Assembly: GCA_951406725.2 (NCBI GenBank)
Contig: OX597834.1
Location: 16,678,001-16,742,000, forward strand
Origin: Octopus vulgaris
Taxonomy: Eukaryota
DNA: 64,000 bases
Reading direction: 5' to 3'
Shown: piece after piece, positions 11,986 through 25,833 of the stretch
Layout: every line of letters begins with the position of its first letter
Position numbering within the stretch: position 1 is the stretch's first letter
The notes under the pieces: model-generated
Databases searched by the model: none
Seen by the model: the letters and a program-made list of their open reading frames with translations, nothing else
Told to the model about the DNA's origin: nothing
Program-made: the position numbers and the translations under genes

Positions 11986-12637
11986 TACATACGCATACAA
12001 AAACACACACATATACACAAGTACATACATTTACATATATATATACACAAAAAAACACACATTCGTAAATTTCTAATGAAGAAACCGGTTTTGTTTTACT
12101 TTTAAACTACAAAGTCCAAAAATGTTCAAAGAAATAGTTGACATTCCAGTGAGTGGTTCGTCAGAAGTAAATAACCAACTTCTAAATACAAATATCCGAG
12201 ACAATACCCCTGACAGGTTCTTATAAAAACAGGAGAAACTTTAAAAAAATTTTGTAAGATGGTAAATCTGCATAAAGAAGTGCCAAGTTCTAATTGTGAA
12301 GGGTACCTGTCGAAGAGGTAGACCCAGGAAGATGCCTATTTTATTCTAGTGGACCGTCATAACCATTCAATGTTTAAAAGATCCTATCGTATTTTTAGAA
12401 TTAAACATTATTAGGAATTGTGTTTCAAAAAATTGTTAAAATGTTTTGTGTATTTGTATGAGTAAAACCGACTTATTGCATATAAGCTTTAACAAAATCT
12501 TATACATAGCCCCAAGGGTCATGTGGATCCTGGTTGAGAACCATTGCTCTAAATCAATAAAAAAGTGGGGTGGAAAGATAAGATGAAATAAAGGTATCAC
12601 ATCAACAAACAAGAAAGAGAAAAAAAAGCAAACTTAC

Positions 12638-12796
12638 CAACACAATTATCACATAAACTACAGTGTGACGCTCGTGGTGGTCTAAATATCTTACAGGTGA
12701 AGCAATACTTCAGTTTGATAACTTGGCCCTTCACAACAACTTCTTTCGTTCGAGGTGGAGGTCTGTAAGTTCCAGGAGAAACTGCATTTGGAACTT
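12638..12796 (-). CDS. ZDHHC14: Next coding exon of the same palmitoyltransferase: first half of the DHHC cysteine-rich domain
   Basis: Reads (E)[52 protein letters not shown]. Acceptor is ttttcag| and donor G|gtaagt. The exon is 159 nt, phase 1-1, and splices in frame with the 25673 donor (G+AA=Glu). Confidence 0.95.
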
Positions 12797-13414
12797 CTGA
12801 AAAAGAACAATTGAAGAAAAATATGAGCATTTCTTTCAGTAAAATAAAGGGGGATTCAAAATTGGGTTATCGGAAATTTCACTGTAAGTACTTTTGCCAT
12901 AGGAAAATTCACCTCAAGAAATTTCATTATAAATGACCTCATCAGGTTTTTTTAATGTTTGACATCAGAAGTAGTGAAAAAGGATTCACAGACATTTGGA
13001 CCCACAGGGGACCAAAACTCCTGGCAGTTTGCTGTGCTTGAAAAGACATGTCAATCTAAGTAAAAGCATGATTGCTCTTGCATACAGGCTCATCTCCTGC
13101 AATTCTCTCCGGCTAAGCATCCCTAATTTCGTGGGCTTGTAGGTGCTGGTGCCACATAAAAAGCACCTGTGCTACTAGTGGGACAATTTAAAAAAGATGA
13201 AGGGAGTAAACTCCTACAGAAAATCCAGAGGAAGAGACCCTAAGGCAGCTATATATAGTTATACTTAGCCAGCATCTGGCACCCCTGCAGCTTCATGGAT
13301 GCTACAAACATATCGACTTGTCTTTCCTTTATGATGTATTCATGAGTGGAGAGATATATTTGAGGCTAGGCACTTGCTTCTGGAAACAGCCCAGGCACAG
13401 CAGAGGTAGTTAAG

Positions 13415-13632
13415 TTACTTATTTCTTTACTGCCCACAAGGGGCTAAACACAGAGAGGACAGACAAGGGGATTAAGTCGATTACATCGACCCCAGTGCGT
13501 AACTGGTACTTAATTTATCGACCCCGAAAGGATGAAAGGCAAAGTCGACCTCGGCGGTATTTGAACTCAGAACGTAACGACAGACGAAATACGGCTACGC
13601 ATTTCGCCCAACATGTTAACGGTTCTGCCAGC
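13415..13632 (-). mobile_element. SINE family B (tRNA-like head, central gcctttcatcctttcggggtcgataaa domain)
   Basis: Matches the copies at 21711-21939, 24050-24281, 44624-45026, 50379-50761 and 62128-62352. Confidence 0.85.
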
Positions 13633-13725
13633 AATGCTATCAACCAACAACAAAAAAGGCCAACCAGAGCATGATATGAGGTAAATTTGACACTTAATTC
13701 TGCAAGGTCAAGCAACTATCTAAAG

Positions 13726-14204
13726 CAGTTGTTCTCAACCACCTTTTGCCTATGGACCTCTTTGATTCCTATTTTATTCAACTGGACCTCTATAGCCATT
13801 CACAGTAAATATTAAAAAAAAAATCTGAATGTACTTTTGTAATTAAATCATCCTCTAGCATTCACTTTCCCTGCTGGAATGGGTTAGATGGTTTGACTGG
13901 GACTGGCAAGCTGGAGAGCTGCACCAGGTTCCAGTCTGATTCGGCATGGTTTCTATAGCTGGATGCCCTTCCTGACACCAACCACTCCAAGAGTGTAATG
14001 GGTGCTTTTTACGAGCCACCATCATGACACAGGCAAGCAACAGCCACGACTACAGTTTTACTTGGCTTCACAAGTCTTCTCGAGCACAGATATTATCAGG
14101 AATTATAATGAAAAAAAAATCTCGAATTTGATGCACATAAATTTTAACAACAAAATCTTATACGGACCCCCTGGAGCAAAACTGACCCCAGTTGAGGATC
14201 ACTG
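13726..14204. mobile_element. hAT (Charlie-like) MITE with a family C SINE inserted
   Basis: TIRs are cagttgttctcaacc and gttgaggatcactg. The body is shared with 22892-23206. Confidence 0.65.
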
Positions 14205-14672
14205 AATTAAAGGATCCCTTGTTGGATATTCACTAGAGATGTTTCATGCTTCTTTACCAAGATAATTCTGTGTCACTTCAGAACAAAACAAGCATGTTTA
14301 GCATCTCCAACACACTCAATGCAGGTAAACTAATTTGAGGTCAAGGATAACATTAGATTCCACTAAACAGGCTTTTGTTTGTTTAGGTTCTACTTTTTTT
14401 TTTGTATCATTTATTTATTTATTTTTGTTGTTAGTTTCCTTTTAAGTATTTGACACAATTACCAGCAGTTAACAGAAGTATTATTACTTAAGTTTTTGTA
14501 GCTAGGATTACGGTATACTTCATCCTTAATAATTAATAGTCTCACACAAACACACACAATCAAGCTTGCTGACTGAATTTACTGCATATGTACAAGCTAG
14601 AGTGCATCACATTCACTCAATCTCTAAATCTTCTAAACACTTATAACCATAGTAATGAACTTAAATACTCAA

Positions 14673-14980
14673 TGAGAGAGAGAGACAGAGAGAGAGACAG
14701 AGAGAAAGAGAGACAGACGGAGAGAGAAAGAGAGAGACAGACAGACACAGAGAGACAGACAGAGAGAGACAGACAGACAGAGACAGAGACAGACAGAGAG
14801 AGAGACAGAGACAGGCAGAGAGAGAGAGAGACGGAGACAGACACAGAGAGAGAGACAGAGAGAGAGAGACGGAGACAGAGAGAGAGACAGAGACAGACGC
14901 AGAGAGACAGACAGACGCAGAGAGACAGACAGAGAGAGAGGCAGAGACAGAGAGACAGAGACAGAGAGAGAGACAGAGAC
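14673..14980 (+). repeat. (GA)n/(GACA)n compound microsatellite
   Basis: Seen directly in the sequence. Confidence 0.95.
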
Positions 14981-15399
14981 TCTATATGCTCACCCAATCT
15001 GCTTGAAATAGCAGGTAAATCTTCCACGCACCCCTCCTTATCTCAAATCACTCCCTACCATCTCAGAAAAGAAAAAGACCTTGGATAAAGCATCCCTAGG
15101 TGCACTCTACTCAGGAAAAAGATCGGATGCTTGTAACTGGAATATTTTTGCTTGCTTTTTTTGTTTTTTAATTGCAAACCAGCTCAATCAAAGCTGACCT
15201 GAGGCTAAACAGCAGCAGCAGCAGCAGCAACATTATCACCGATATTAACAACAATGAAGAGAATAGTAAATACAAAAGATTTTCCATTTTTTCCATCTTT
15301 CCGAAGAACGGAACTCCCGATCAATATTTTCCTTCAGACCAGACAAGTCAGCAACAATATAAATTTTAAATGGAATGTTAATGATACATATGTGCGTGT

Positions 15400-15414
15400 C
15401 TATGCATATATGTA

Positions 15415-15473
<59 letters not shown>

Positions 15474-15523
15474 ACATACGTGTGTAAATGTGTGTGTATA
15501 TACAAACACACATATATATACAT

Positions 15524-15567
<44 letters not shown>

Positions 15568-15624
15568 TATATATATATATATATATGCATACATGTGTAA
15601 ATGTGTATATATATACAAACACAC

Positions 15625-15673
<49 letters not shown>

Positions 15674-16045
15674 AACACACATATATATACATATATATAT
15701 ATATATGCGCATACATGTGTAAATGTGTGTATATATACAAACACACATATATATACATATATATATATATATATGCGCATACATGTGTAAATGTGTGTAT
15801 ATATACAAACACACATATATATACATTATATATATACATATATATATATGCGCATACATGTGTAAATGTGTGTATACATATACAAACACACATATATATA
15901 CATTATATATACATATATACACACAGACATACACATCAATATATACATACATATATATGTGCACACACACACACACATATATATACACACATACATATAT
16001 ATGTGCACACACACACATATATATATATATACACACATACATAAT
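15400..16045. repeat. (TA)n-based minisatellite with recurring core gcgcatacatgtgtaaatgtgtgtatatatacaaacacac
   Basis: The core recurs about five times with variable TA spacers. Confidence 0.9.
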
Positions 16046-16740
16046 GCACACATGTATGCACAACATTCTTCGCTAATGTATTGTTCTGAAAATTGCTTCC
16101 TCTTTCATCCTTCTACACTTATTTTCCCCATATTTCTTTTTTTTTAATTTCCCTCTCTACTTATCAGCTCCAGTAAGCCTCCATACTGCTGACACTGTTT
16201 GCATTGAGCAGACACTGTCTGAAAATATTTAAACTGCAACGATACCCAGACGACAACTAATAAAGACATTGTACATGTTCACATCTATGCAGTTTTCATT
16301 GCTTTTTGTCTGTTTTATGTTTTTGACTTTTATGTGTAAAATTTCATTTTGTCTCTTCTTTTCCAGAAGGTCAGATGAGTGGTTAAGGAATTCGCTCACC
16401 AACTTCATGGTTTCAGGGTTCAGTCCCACTGCATGGCACTTTGGGCATGTGTCTTCTACTATAGCCACAAACTGACATAAAAGTGTGCCAGACTATTTGT
16501 TGGCATACATTTTCTTCTTATAGCCTTAAGCAAATCCTGATGTGTGGAATTTGGTAAATAGAAATGGCACAAAAGCCCATCATATATATTATCTTCATCA
16601 TTTGTGTGTGTGTGTGTGCAAGTTTGTGTGTGCATGTCTGTGTCTGTGTGTGTGTGTGCATGTGTGTGTGCATATGTATGTGTAGGCAATTAACACAAGA
16701 AGACAGATGACTGAAGCCTTGCTTATTGTGTAAGGCGGGG

Positions 16741-16900
16741 TGGTCACTTTTACACAATAATACAAGACCATGTCACCCACATAAAAATTACAGCACGAAA
16801 TATGGGACTTTTGCTTCACCCTCCTTATTCTCCTGACCTTGTTCCATCTGACTGTCGTCTTTTCAGATCATTGCAGCGTTATTTGAAGGGAAAACAGTCT
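16741..16900 (+). pseudogene. mariner transposase fragment
   Basis: Translates LHNNTRP then LHPPYSPDLVPSDCRLFRSLQRYLKGKQ, matching the HDNARPH and YSPDLAPSD mariner motifs. Confidence 0.85.
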
Positions 16901-17639
16901 GGTGGTGGTGCCACATAAAAAGCACCAAGAACACACTGTGAATGGTTGGTGTTAGGAGCAGCATCCAGCCATAGAAACTAAGCCAAAACAGATTAAGGAA
17001 CTTGATGCAACCTCTCACCTTGTTGGTTCCTTTCAAGCTGTCTAACCCATGTCAGCCCATGAGAAACAGATATTAAATGTTTGATGATGATAATGATTAA
17101 GTTAAAAATAATACCAAGTGTTCTGTTGCTTTGAAACCTGAAGAATTTTATACCCGAGGAATCAACATTTTGCCAAATAGAATGGGATTATGTTATCAAT
17201 TATAATTTGTGTCTACATATCAACCCTCATAGCATCCATGATGTTAGCTCAACTGGATTTAGCAACACTGTCAGAACCACTATATAAACATAACACACAC
17301 ACACGAAAATATCTATCTGGAGATAAAGTGGCTGAGCGCATTTCGAGTGTTGGGCCTCACAGAGGCAATGACCAAGATCTTTGGCATTATGGCGTGTTTG
17401 AGAAGAAGACCCATCAAGCCAAGCAAAATCACAGATACCAGTGTCATGCAAATGGTACCAGTGTCACACAAATGGCATGTAAAAGCACCCATTACACTCT
17501 CCGAGTGGTTAGCGTTAAGAAGGACATCCAGCTGCAGAGAACCATGCCAAATCAGATTTAGAGCCTGGTGCAGCCTTCCTGTGTACCAGCCCAGTCAAAC
17601 TGTCCAACCCATACCAGCATGGACAACAGACATTAAATA

Positions 17640-17845
17640 ACAATGAGGAAATGACCAGAGACTGAGACCTTTGGAAGTATGCTGTGCGTGGGAAGACCCG
17701 GCAGGACAAGTGAGACCATAACCCGTGGCCTCTACCTGGGACGTAGCCAGCCCACTTATGCATATCTTTCCTTCTTGTGACACAAACCCTACTTGTGAAG
17801 ACCTGTTGAGGCAAGTGAAAATCAAAATCAAAATCAAAATCGATC
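17640..17845 (+). mobile_element. RTE-like LINE 3' fragment
   Basis: Reads EEMTRD*DLWKYAVRGKTRQDK*, followed by a 3'UTR with (aaaatc)n and then family C sequence. Confidence 0.6.
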
Positions 17846-18955
17846 AACATCAATTGAAATTGTAGCTGTGATAACTGTGCCGGTAGCACATAAGCGAACC
17901 ATCCGAACATGGCCATTGCCAGCGCCGCCCTGATGGCCTCCGTGTTGGTGGCACGTAAAAAGCACCCACTACACTCACGGAGTGGTTGGCTTTAGGAAGT
18001 GCATCCAGCTGTAGAAACACTGCCAGATCAGACTGGGCCTGGCGCAGCCTTCTTGCTTCCCAGACCCCAGTTGAACCGTCCAACCCATGCTAGCAGGGAA
18101 AACGGACGTTAAATGATGATGATGATGATCGATTAAAGAGCACCCAGCACATTCTGTAAAGTGGTTGGCATTAGGAAGGGCATCTAACCGTAGAAACCAT
18201 GCCAAAACAGACAAATGGGGCCTGATGTAGCTCTTTGGTTTGCCAGCTCCTATCAAACCATCCAACCCATGCCAGCAAGGAAAACACATTAAATGATGAT
18301 GGTGATGATTATATATATATAATTGGTTCTAAGTATTACAAAACAGTCAATAAAAAACTACCACTGACATTATCATTATCTCTAGTGCATTTTCTTATCG
18401 TTTTTTTCTTGTTACTTTTTTTTCTTTTCCAGTAAAGATTCTTTACTAGTTAAAGATTTATCAGGAATCACATTTGGTGCAGCAATGTCGATAGAGAGAA
18501 ACATGGAGTCAATGCAGTGAAACATGGAGTTTTGTCATCTCAAGTATTTCTTAGACGAGATTAGTTGAGAGGGAAAAGTAAAAGAAAAAAAAAATATATA
18601 TATATATACATATAAAAAAGGAGAAAAAAAAATCCCCCAAAAGATAATTTCAAGCAGACTACGCAATAAATATTTACTTTAAAACACACAACAAGAATCA
18701 TTAATTTCTTTCTTTTCTGTTTTTCCATTTTTGTTAGGAGAAAGGGTAGGAGAAGGGGTTTCAGAATGGAAAGCATTAAGTTACTTTATATTGCAATTTT
18801 CTTTCTGAAAATGGTGCAAGTGACAAATTGCATAAAAGTGTGCCAGACTATTTGTTGGCATACATTTTCTTCTTATAGCCTTAAGCAAATCCTGACGTGT
18901 GGAATTTGGTAAATAGAAATGGCGCAAAAGCCCATCATATATATTATCTTCATCA

Positions 18956-19001
<46 letters not shown>

Positions 19002-21044
19002 CAAGTTTGTGTGTGTGCAAGTTTGTGTGTGTGCAAGTTTGTGTGTGTGCAAGTTTGTGTGTGTGCAAGTTTGTGTGTGTGTGTGTTTGTGTGTAGGCAA
19101 TTAACACAAGAAGACAGATGATGACACAGGATGGACAAGTTTTAACAAATGTATTAGTTCAATGCTTATACGAGAGTTTAGATGTTTCTGACACGAGTAT
19201 TACTTTTTATTAAACCTGATACTTATTCTATTGGTCTCTTTTGCCAAACTTCCAAGTTACAGGAATGTAAACACACCAACACCAATTGTCAATCAGTGAC
19301 GGAGGACAAACACAGACACAAAGACACACACACACACACACACACACAAGCATCATGTAAAAGGCACCCTTCAAATGTTCAGCAATATGCTGTGCTTGAG
19401 AAGAACCATCAAGCCAAGTGAAATCATAGACGTAGCCAACACCAGTGTCGCATAACTGGCATCCATGTCAGTGGCACATAAAAAGTACCCTTGGAACTTT
19501 GGGTCACATGGAGGCAGTGACAAGTGACTGAGATCTTTGGCAATATAACATACTGTGCTTGAGGAGACCAGTCAATCCATGTGAGATAATAGTCATGGCT
19601 GATGCTGGTGTTTCATAACTGGCACCTGTGCCGGTGGCATGTTAAAATCGCAAAACTACACTCTTGGTGTGGTTGATATTAGGAAAGAAAACTAGCTGTA
19701 GAAACCATGCCAAATCAGATCGGAACCTGATCTAGCTTACCAATTTTCAGTCAAACCGTCCAATCCATGCCAGCATGGAAAACAAACATTAAATTATGAT
19801 GTGCGTGTGGTATGTAAAAAGCATCATGCCAGTGGCATGTAAAAAGCACCATCCAATCGTGGCCGTTTGCCAGCCTCATCTAGCACCTGTGCCGGTGGCA
19901 CGTAAAAAGCACCCACTACACTCACGGAGTAGTTGGCGTTAGGAAGGGCATCCAGCCGTAGAAACATTGCCAGATCAGACTGGGCCTGGTGCAGCCTTCT
20001 GGCTTCCCAGACCCCAGTTGAACCGTCCAACCCATGCTAGCATGGAAAGCGGACGCTAAACGATGATGATGATATCTATATATATATACACACACACACA
20101 CACAAGTTTCTTTCAGTTTCTATCTACCAAATCTCCGCACAAAGCTCTGGTTAACCCAAGGCTATAGTAGAAGACACCTGCCCAGCCCAAAGTCATGCAA
20201 TGCAACTGAACTTAGAACCATGTGGTTGGGTAGCCAACTTCTCGTCACACAGCCACACCTAAGCCTACCCACACAGCCATGCCTGGTAACAAAAAAATAT
20301 ATAAATAAATAACTTGTTTCCATTATCAAATGAAGAAGTTAGGATGAATCACAAATATGGTTCGACATCATCGTGATGCTTCGTTTCTTCACCATGTCTA
20401 TTTCTTCAACTAATAGAACTTCAAAGTGAAACACGACACATTAGGAAAAAAAAAGCAATTATTTTTCCTGATTTTGTAATTTAATTTTTTTCTTTAAGGC
20501 AAAAAAAAAAATTATATAAAATTGAACTTACGCATAATCCATTTAAAAAAATGCACTTTTTTTCTTTAAAAAAAATCAGCCAGACATATTAAAAGGCCTA
20601 ATTTTATTTTTTTTATATTTTATTTAATTTACATATATATATTTTTTTTCCATTCTTGCTTGTTGAGTTCTTTGACTACTTGTTATTTTTAGCTGAAGAA
20701 GTATAAACATCAAGAGACATTTTACCGGCATCAATAATGCCAGATACAAATAGACAAAGAGACATCAAAGAAAACCTGCTGACATTAATGGGTAGACTTG
20801 GAGTAGTGTGGAGTGCTCTATTATGACAGTTAGCTAAGCAGATGACTAAACTACATCAAATTAAGAAATTACTACATTATACTTTATATATGCATATATA
20901 TATATATACACATATATAAACATACATGTACATAGATATATATATATATATATATGCATATACATACATACACACACATATATGCATGCATATGTATATA
21001 CACACACGCACACAAATATACATCTATATATGCATGTATGTGTG

Positions 21045-21089
<45 letters not shown>

Positions 21090-21110
21090 CACACACAAAT
21101 ATATATATAT

Positions 21111-21310
21111 AGGGAGAATTCATGAAAAAAACAAAAGACGAAGACAGGTGGTGTAGAAAACAAACAGATGTATTAGTATAATGCTCAGGAATTGAAAAAT
21201 CTTTTACGTTTCGAGCCTACGCTCTTCTACAGAAAGGGACACAGAAAAAAACAAAGAGAGAAACAAGGAGAGATAAAAAATGAGAGAAAGAAAAAAGGAG
21301 AAATACGTAA
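21111..21310 (-). mobile_element. Short (TA)n-embedded element with a hammerhead-like motif (Penelope pseudo-LTR-like)
   Basis: Minus strand 21236-21201 reads cttt CTGTAGA A GAGC gtag GCTC GAAAC GTA aaag. The scaffold is shared with 45690-45920 and 59110-59290. Confidence 0.6.
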
Positions 21311-22891
21311 ATATATATGAATCCATCCAAACACACAAATACATATATAGCTGCTACAGATGCAATGCATATGTAGGCATGTATATATATGTATATATGC
21401 ATGTGTGTACATATGCATGATATGTAGATAGTGTGTAGTGACTGAGGCCTCGTTGTTATACCCAAAGCCACTCTCTCCAGGACCTACATTAACTACCATT
21501 TCCAGTCCTTCTGTGCAAGAACATCCTCCTCTTGGAATCTTCTCACTGTTCAATAGCACTGAACTCAATGGTCTTTGAGAAATTTACTAAAGCACATGGG
21601 GCCTTGTCAATTCTTCTCAGCAAAACATAAAAAATACACACTACACACAGAAATATATGCACACACCTCATAAACACACACACAAACACAACACACAAAC
21701 CACACACATATATTTCTTTACTGCCCACAAGGGGCTAAACACAGAGGGGACAAACAAGGACAGACAAACGGATTAAGTCGATTACATCAACCCCAGTGCG
21801 AAACTGGTACTTTATTTATCGACCCCGAAAGGATGAAAGGCAAAGTCAACCTCAGCGGAATTTGAAATCAGAACGTAACAACAGACGAAATATGGCTACG
21901 CACTTCACCCGGCGTGTTAACGTTTCTGCCAGCTCTCCTTACACACAATTATTCACATACAGACTCACACACATACCACATATGCAATACATAGTTTGTG
22001 AACATTATTTCAATATGTATTTTACCATGTCGATATAGTTGACTAGGTTTCCAAATCAAATTGAAACCATCAAGATCAAAGTCTTAATCACTTTTTTTTT
22101 TTTTTATTATTATTACAATTTCCCAATAAATATTTGATTAATTTTTCTTCACCCAGACTTAACCAACACAATGCCAACAAATAACAAAGTTATCACCATA
22201 GTAACTTGTAATTAACTCACACAGAGACTTTGAATGATTAGAGGAAGGGGAAAAAAACGAACTAAATCAATCAGTCATCTTATGTATATCATTAACTTGT
22301 TTCAGTCATTGGACTGCAGCCCAGCTAGGGCACCACCTTCAAAGGTTTATTTGAGCAAATCAACTCCCATCCTTATTTTCTTTTTGAAGTCTGGTACTTA
22401 TTCAATCAGTCTCTTTTGCTGAACTGCAAAGTTACTGGGATGTTAACAAATGACTAACAGTTGTCAAGCATTGGTAAGCAACAACCACAAGAACATATCT
22501 TTTAGTTGCTTCAGTCATTGGGCTTTCACACAACTTCTGTCGACCAAATTCACTTACCAGGCATTGGTCAATACAGGGCAATGGTAAAAGACACTTGCCC
22601 AAGGTGCCACACAGTGGGACTGAACCCGAAACTATGTGGTTGGGAAGCAAGCTTCTCAACCGCGCAACCTCAGATTTTCATCTTTCTTTGGTCAATGGAA
22701 TAAATACACGGCGGAATATAAGTTTGCCTCCCCACTTAGTCATTTCCTCCCTCAGAGTTCGTAGACTTGTCAGCTGATTGGTGATCTCAATAGTGATGGT
22801 GGCATGAACAAAGCACCCAGTACATGCTGTAAAATGGTTGGCATTAAGAAGGGCATCCAGCTGTAGAAACCAAGCAAAGCAGACACTAAAG

Positions 22892-23206
22892 CGGCAGTTC
22901 TCAACCGCTTTTTATCTATGACCCCCTTTGATTAATATTTTATTCTGGTGGACCCCTATAGCCATTTGATGCTTAAAAAACTTTTATAGAAACTTCTCTG
23001 AAACTTCCCTTTTTTTTTTCACCCATTAACTTGAACTGTGTAAAATGTTAGAGAAAGAAACCTAGCTGTTTCTTGCAATACATACCATGACATACATCTA
23101 AAGCAGATTTTTTCAGGGGCCTTTAAAATACTATTGTGGATCCTCAATTTACTACTGTTAGATGGACCCCTAAAAATCTTATATGGGCCCGAGTTGAGAA
23201 CCGTTG
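22892..23206. mobile_element. hAT (Charlie-like) MITE
   Basis: TIRs are cggcagttctcaac and gttgagaaccgttg. The 8-bp TSD is cactaaag/cactagag. Confidence 0.8.
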
Positions 23207-23984
23207 CACTAGAGCCCGATGCTGTCTTTGGACCCATCTGATCCTATCAAACCATTCAATCCGTACCAGTATAGAATATGGACAGAAAATAATGATGATG
23301 AGGAGGAGGAAGATGCATAAGGTCAGCGACTTTGATGGGAGGGAATTAATCAATACCATCAGCCCCAATATTTAACTGGTACTTTATTTTATTGACCTTG
23401 GAGGGATGAAAGGCAAAGTTGACCTTGGCAGGATTTGAGCTCAGAATGTAAAGAACTGGAACAAATACCGCTAAGCATGTTTTCTAATGTTCTAATGATT
23501 CTGATTAATAATAATAATAATAATTGCATGTGCCTGGTATACCCTTATCAGACAGGTAGTCATGGTGGGTATATTGGGCTTCATATATTTTACCCCAGTG
23601 TCACTCTGATGGCAAGCACTGCTCTCTCACTCAATAATAATAATATATTATTTAATATGTAAGAATGGCTGACTGCTATGAAAAAATATCTAATGATAAC
23701 GATTAAAAAAAAATAAATCAAATAAGAAAAATTAGCATGAATGTTGAAAGATAACTAAATAACTAGTACTTGTAAAATTTGTTGGTCATGACCGTATATA
23801 ATTGATGTATCACAAATGTTATTGTTTAGTGATCTCAAATTGGGTGTCAACAAACTATAGGAGCATGGTTCATATCAACACCAGTTTGGTTACTCCACCC
23901 TAACACCACACAAATACAAAGAAAATAGTTCCTGATTTAGGAACAAGGCTAGCCATTTGGAGAAGAGATAATGTAGTTGATACC

Positions 23985-24660
23985 ACTGACTCACAGACAT
24001 ACTCCAGTCTCTGGTCAACAAGCACGCTGTCTCCTCTATACATCACTCAAGGCGGCGAGATGGCAGACACGTTAGTGCGTCGGGCGAAGTGCTTAGTGGT
24101 ATTTCGTCTGTCGTTACGTTCTGAGTTCAAATTCTGCCGAGGTCAACTTTGCCTTTCATCCTTTCGGGGTCGATAAATTAAGTACCAGTTTCGCACTGGG
24201 GTCGATATAATCGACTCAATCCCTTTGTCTGTCCTTGTTTGTCCCCTCTATGTTTAGCCCCTTCTGGGCAGTAAAGAAATATATACATCACTCACAGACA
24301 TGCGCTAGAATCTGGCCCAGTCATGCTGTCTCTGATCCCTTTCATTTCTACCACTACTATAAAGGCCTCTGTTTCTTGGAGATGGCTGAACTCATGCCAC
24401 TTCCATTCAAGCATTACCATCCCACTGATCTTTCCTCCTCTCACCACTACTCATGTGGCCAATGACTATCACTACCCCCAAGACCTGCACTAATCACTGT
24501 ACTCAGTCATTCCTTCTCAGAAGGATTGGTCGTCCTCTGGAATTCCCTCCTTGTTCACATCATTACCAAAGGATTTGACTTACTAACATTCAAAAGGAAC
24601 TTTAATGGCATCAATTTTACCAGCCTAGGAAGGCATTCAAAGGCTGCGGGCATGGCCCTT
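23985..24660 (+). pseudogene. Decayed CR1/L2/Jockey-group LINE ORF2 3' end, interrupted by a SINE
   Basis: Fragments read FHFYHYYKGLCFLEMAELMPLP..SSSHHY and LWNSLLVHII..FDLLTFKRNFN. Confidence 0.65.
24050..24281 (+). mobile_element. Full-length SINE family B
   Basis: A 13-bp TSD, tatacatcactca, lies at 24037-49 and 24282-94. Confidence 0.9.
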
Positions 24661-24970
24661 TCCTCGAGATACAAGCAAAACAAAAAAAAACCCATTTTAC
24701 ATGGCACTATATCTCCCCCACCCCAAAAAAAAAACTGTAACAGCAACAGCATACGCATATAAAGTTTGGATGGGAAATAACCCAAATCTAAATATAATGC
24801 TGGGCCCCACTCAGACTAGTTACTTTAACACATTAACCATCACATGTACCACTGGTGGTTCCATCAAAAACTTCACACAACTGCCATAAGCACCAGAATA
24901 TTTTATTCTGTATCTTTTATATGGTTTGGAGGATATTTGAATTACATGAGTGCTAAATATTGCAGTTTAA

Positions 24971-25189
24971 CCCTTTAGTATTTAAACCGGCCATATCCGG
25001 CCAAAATATTTAATCTGTTTTATGTTCAAACAAACCAGATCCAGGCTCTCACACCTATCCTACAATGTTATTCTACATTAAGTAATTACACCATCAAGAT
25101 CTTGAAGATATGAGAAAATGCATGATTAATTCAAATCAATGGGAATCAATAAGCATTAGGTTTGATAGAATAATCTGAACACTAAAGGG
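24971..25189. mobile_element. TTAA-flanked piggyBac-like MITE
   Basis: Ends are ttaa|ccctttagt and actaaaggg|ttaa. Related copies lie near 10450-10672, 51410-51930 and 52096-52309. Confidence 0.8.
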
Positions 25190-25672
25190 TTAATTATGAA
25201 ATATTGTAAAAATGCAAAAATATTACATTTCCTTGCAATTAAATAGTATAATGTGATTGGAAATACATGGCGTGACCAGTAAATTCCAGTAACAGGTTGT
25301 GGTAGTTAACATTTTAAGATGATAAATACCCAAAATGAAAAATTATAACAGAAGTTGAGAAACAGAACATTTAAGAGAAAAAATACATCATGTAAACATG
25401 AATAACAAACATTTGGTTATGCTAGCAAATGAGACGGAGAGCAATGTTAAAGAAAAGTTTACTATTTCTATCATTACTTTCATTTTGCATCTATGATGAA
25501 TTACGAAACTGGACAATTCCATCACAAGAATTGCAGCCAATCAATTACGAATTAAGATATGTCAGCAGAGAGGTGGGGAGGAGAGAAAAGCAACCCACAC
25601 AAACGCAATTGATTAATTAATTAATTAATACTATATCATGATGATTGAAGAATAATTGGAATAATGATTTAC

Positions 25673-25833
25673 CTATTTGTCTTTCAATATCTGCAGCTTC
25701 GTCTGGAGTAGCTCTAGGGATTACACCTGGGTCACTAAAGCTTGTTCGGAAAAGGGTGGATATAACAAATAAAAACAGGGCTGCTCCAATGGCAGGAATT
25801 GCAGGGGATACGTTGAGGGCCAAATATCGACAG
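25673..25833 (-). CDS. ZDHHC14: Internal coding exon of a DHHC palmitoyltransferase (ZDHHC9/14/18, app-like): TM2 and DPG motif
   Basis: Minus strand reads (x)[53 protein letters not shown]. Acceptor tttgcag| lies at 25834-35 with a polypyrimidine tract, and donor G|gtaaat at 25671-72. The exon is 161 nt, phase 2 to phase 1. The paralogue choice (14 vs 9/18) is uncertain. Confidence 0.93.

Noticed and set aside
12070-12095. CTAATGA-A-GAAAC-CG-GTT hammerhead-like string
   Set aside because: It has no stem II or stem I pairing and the core is mutated.
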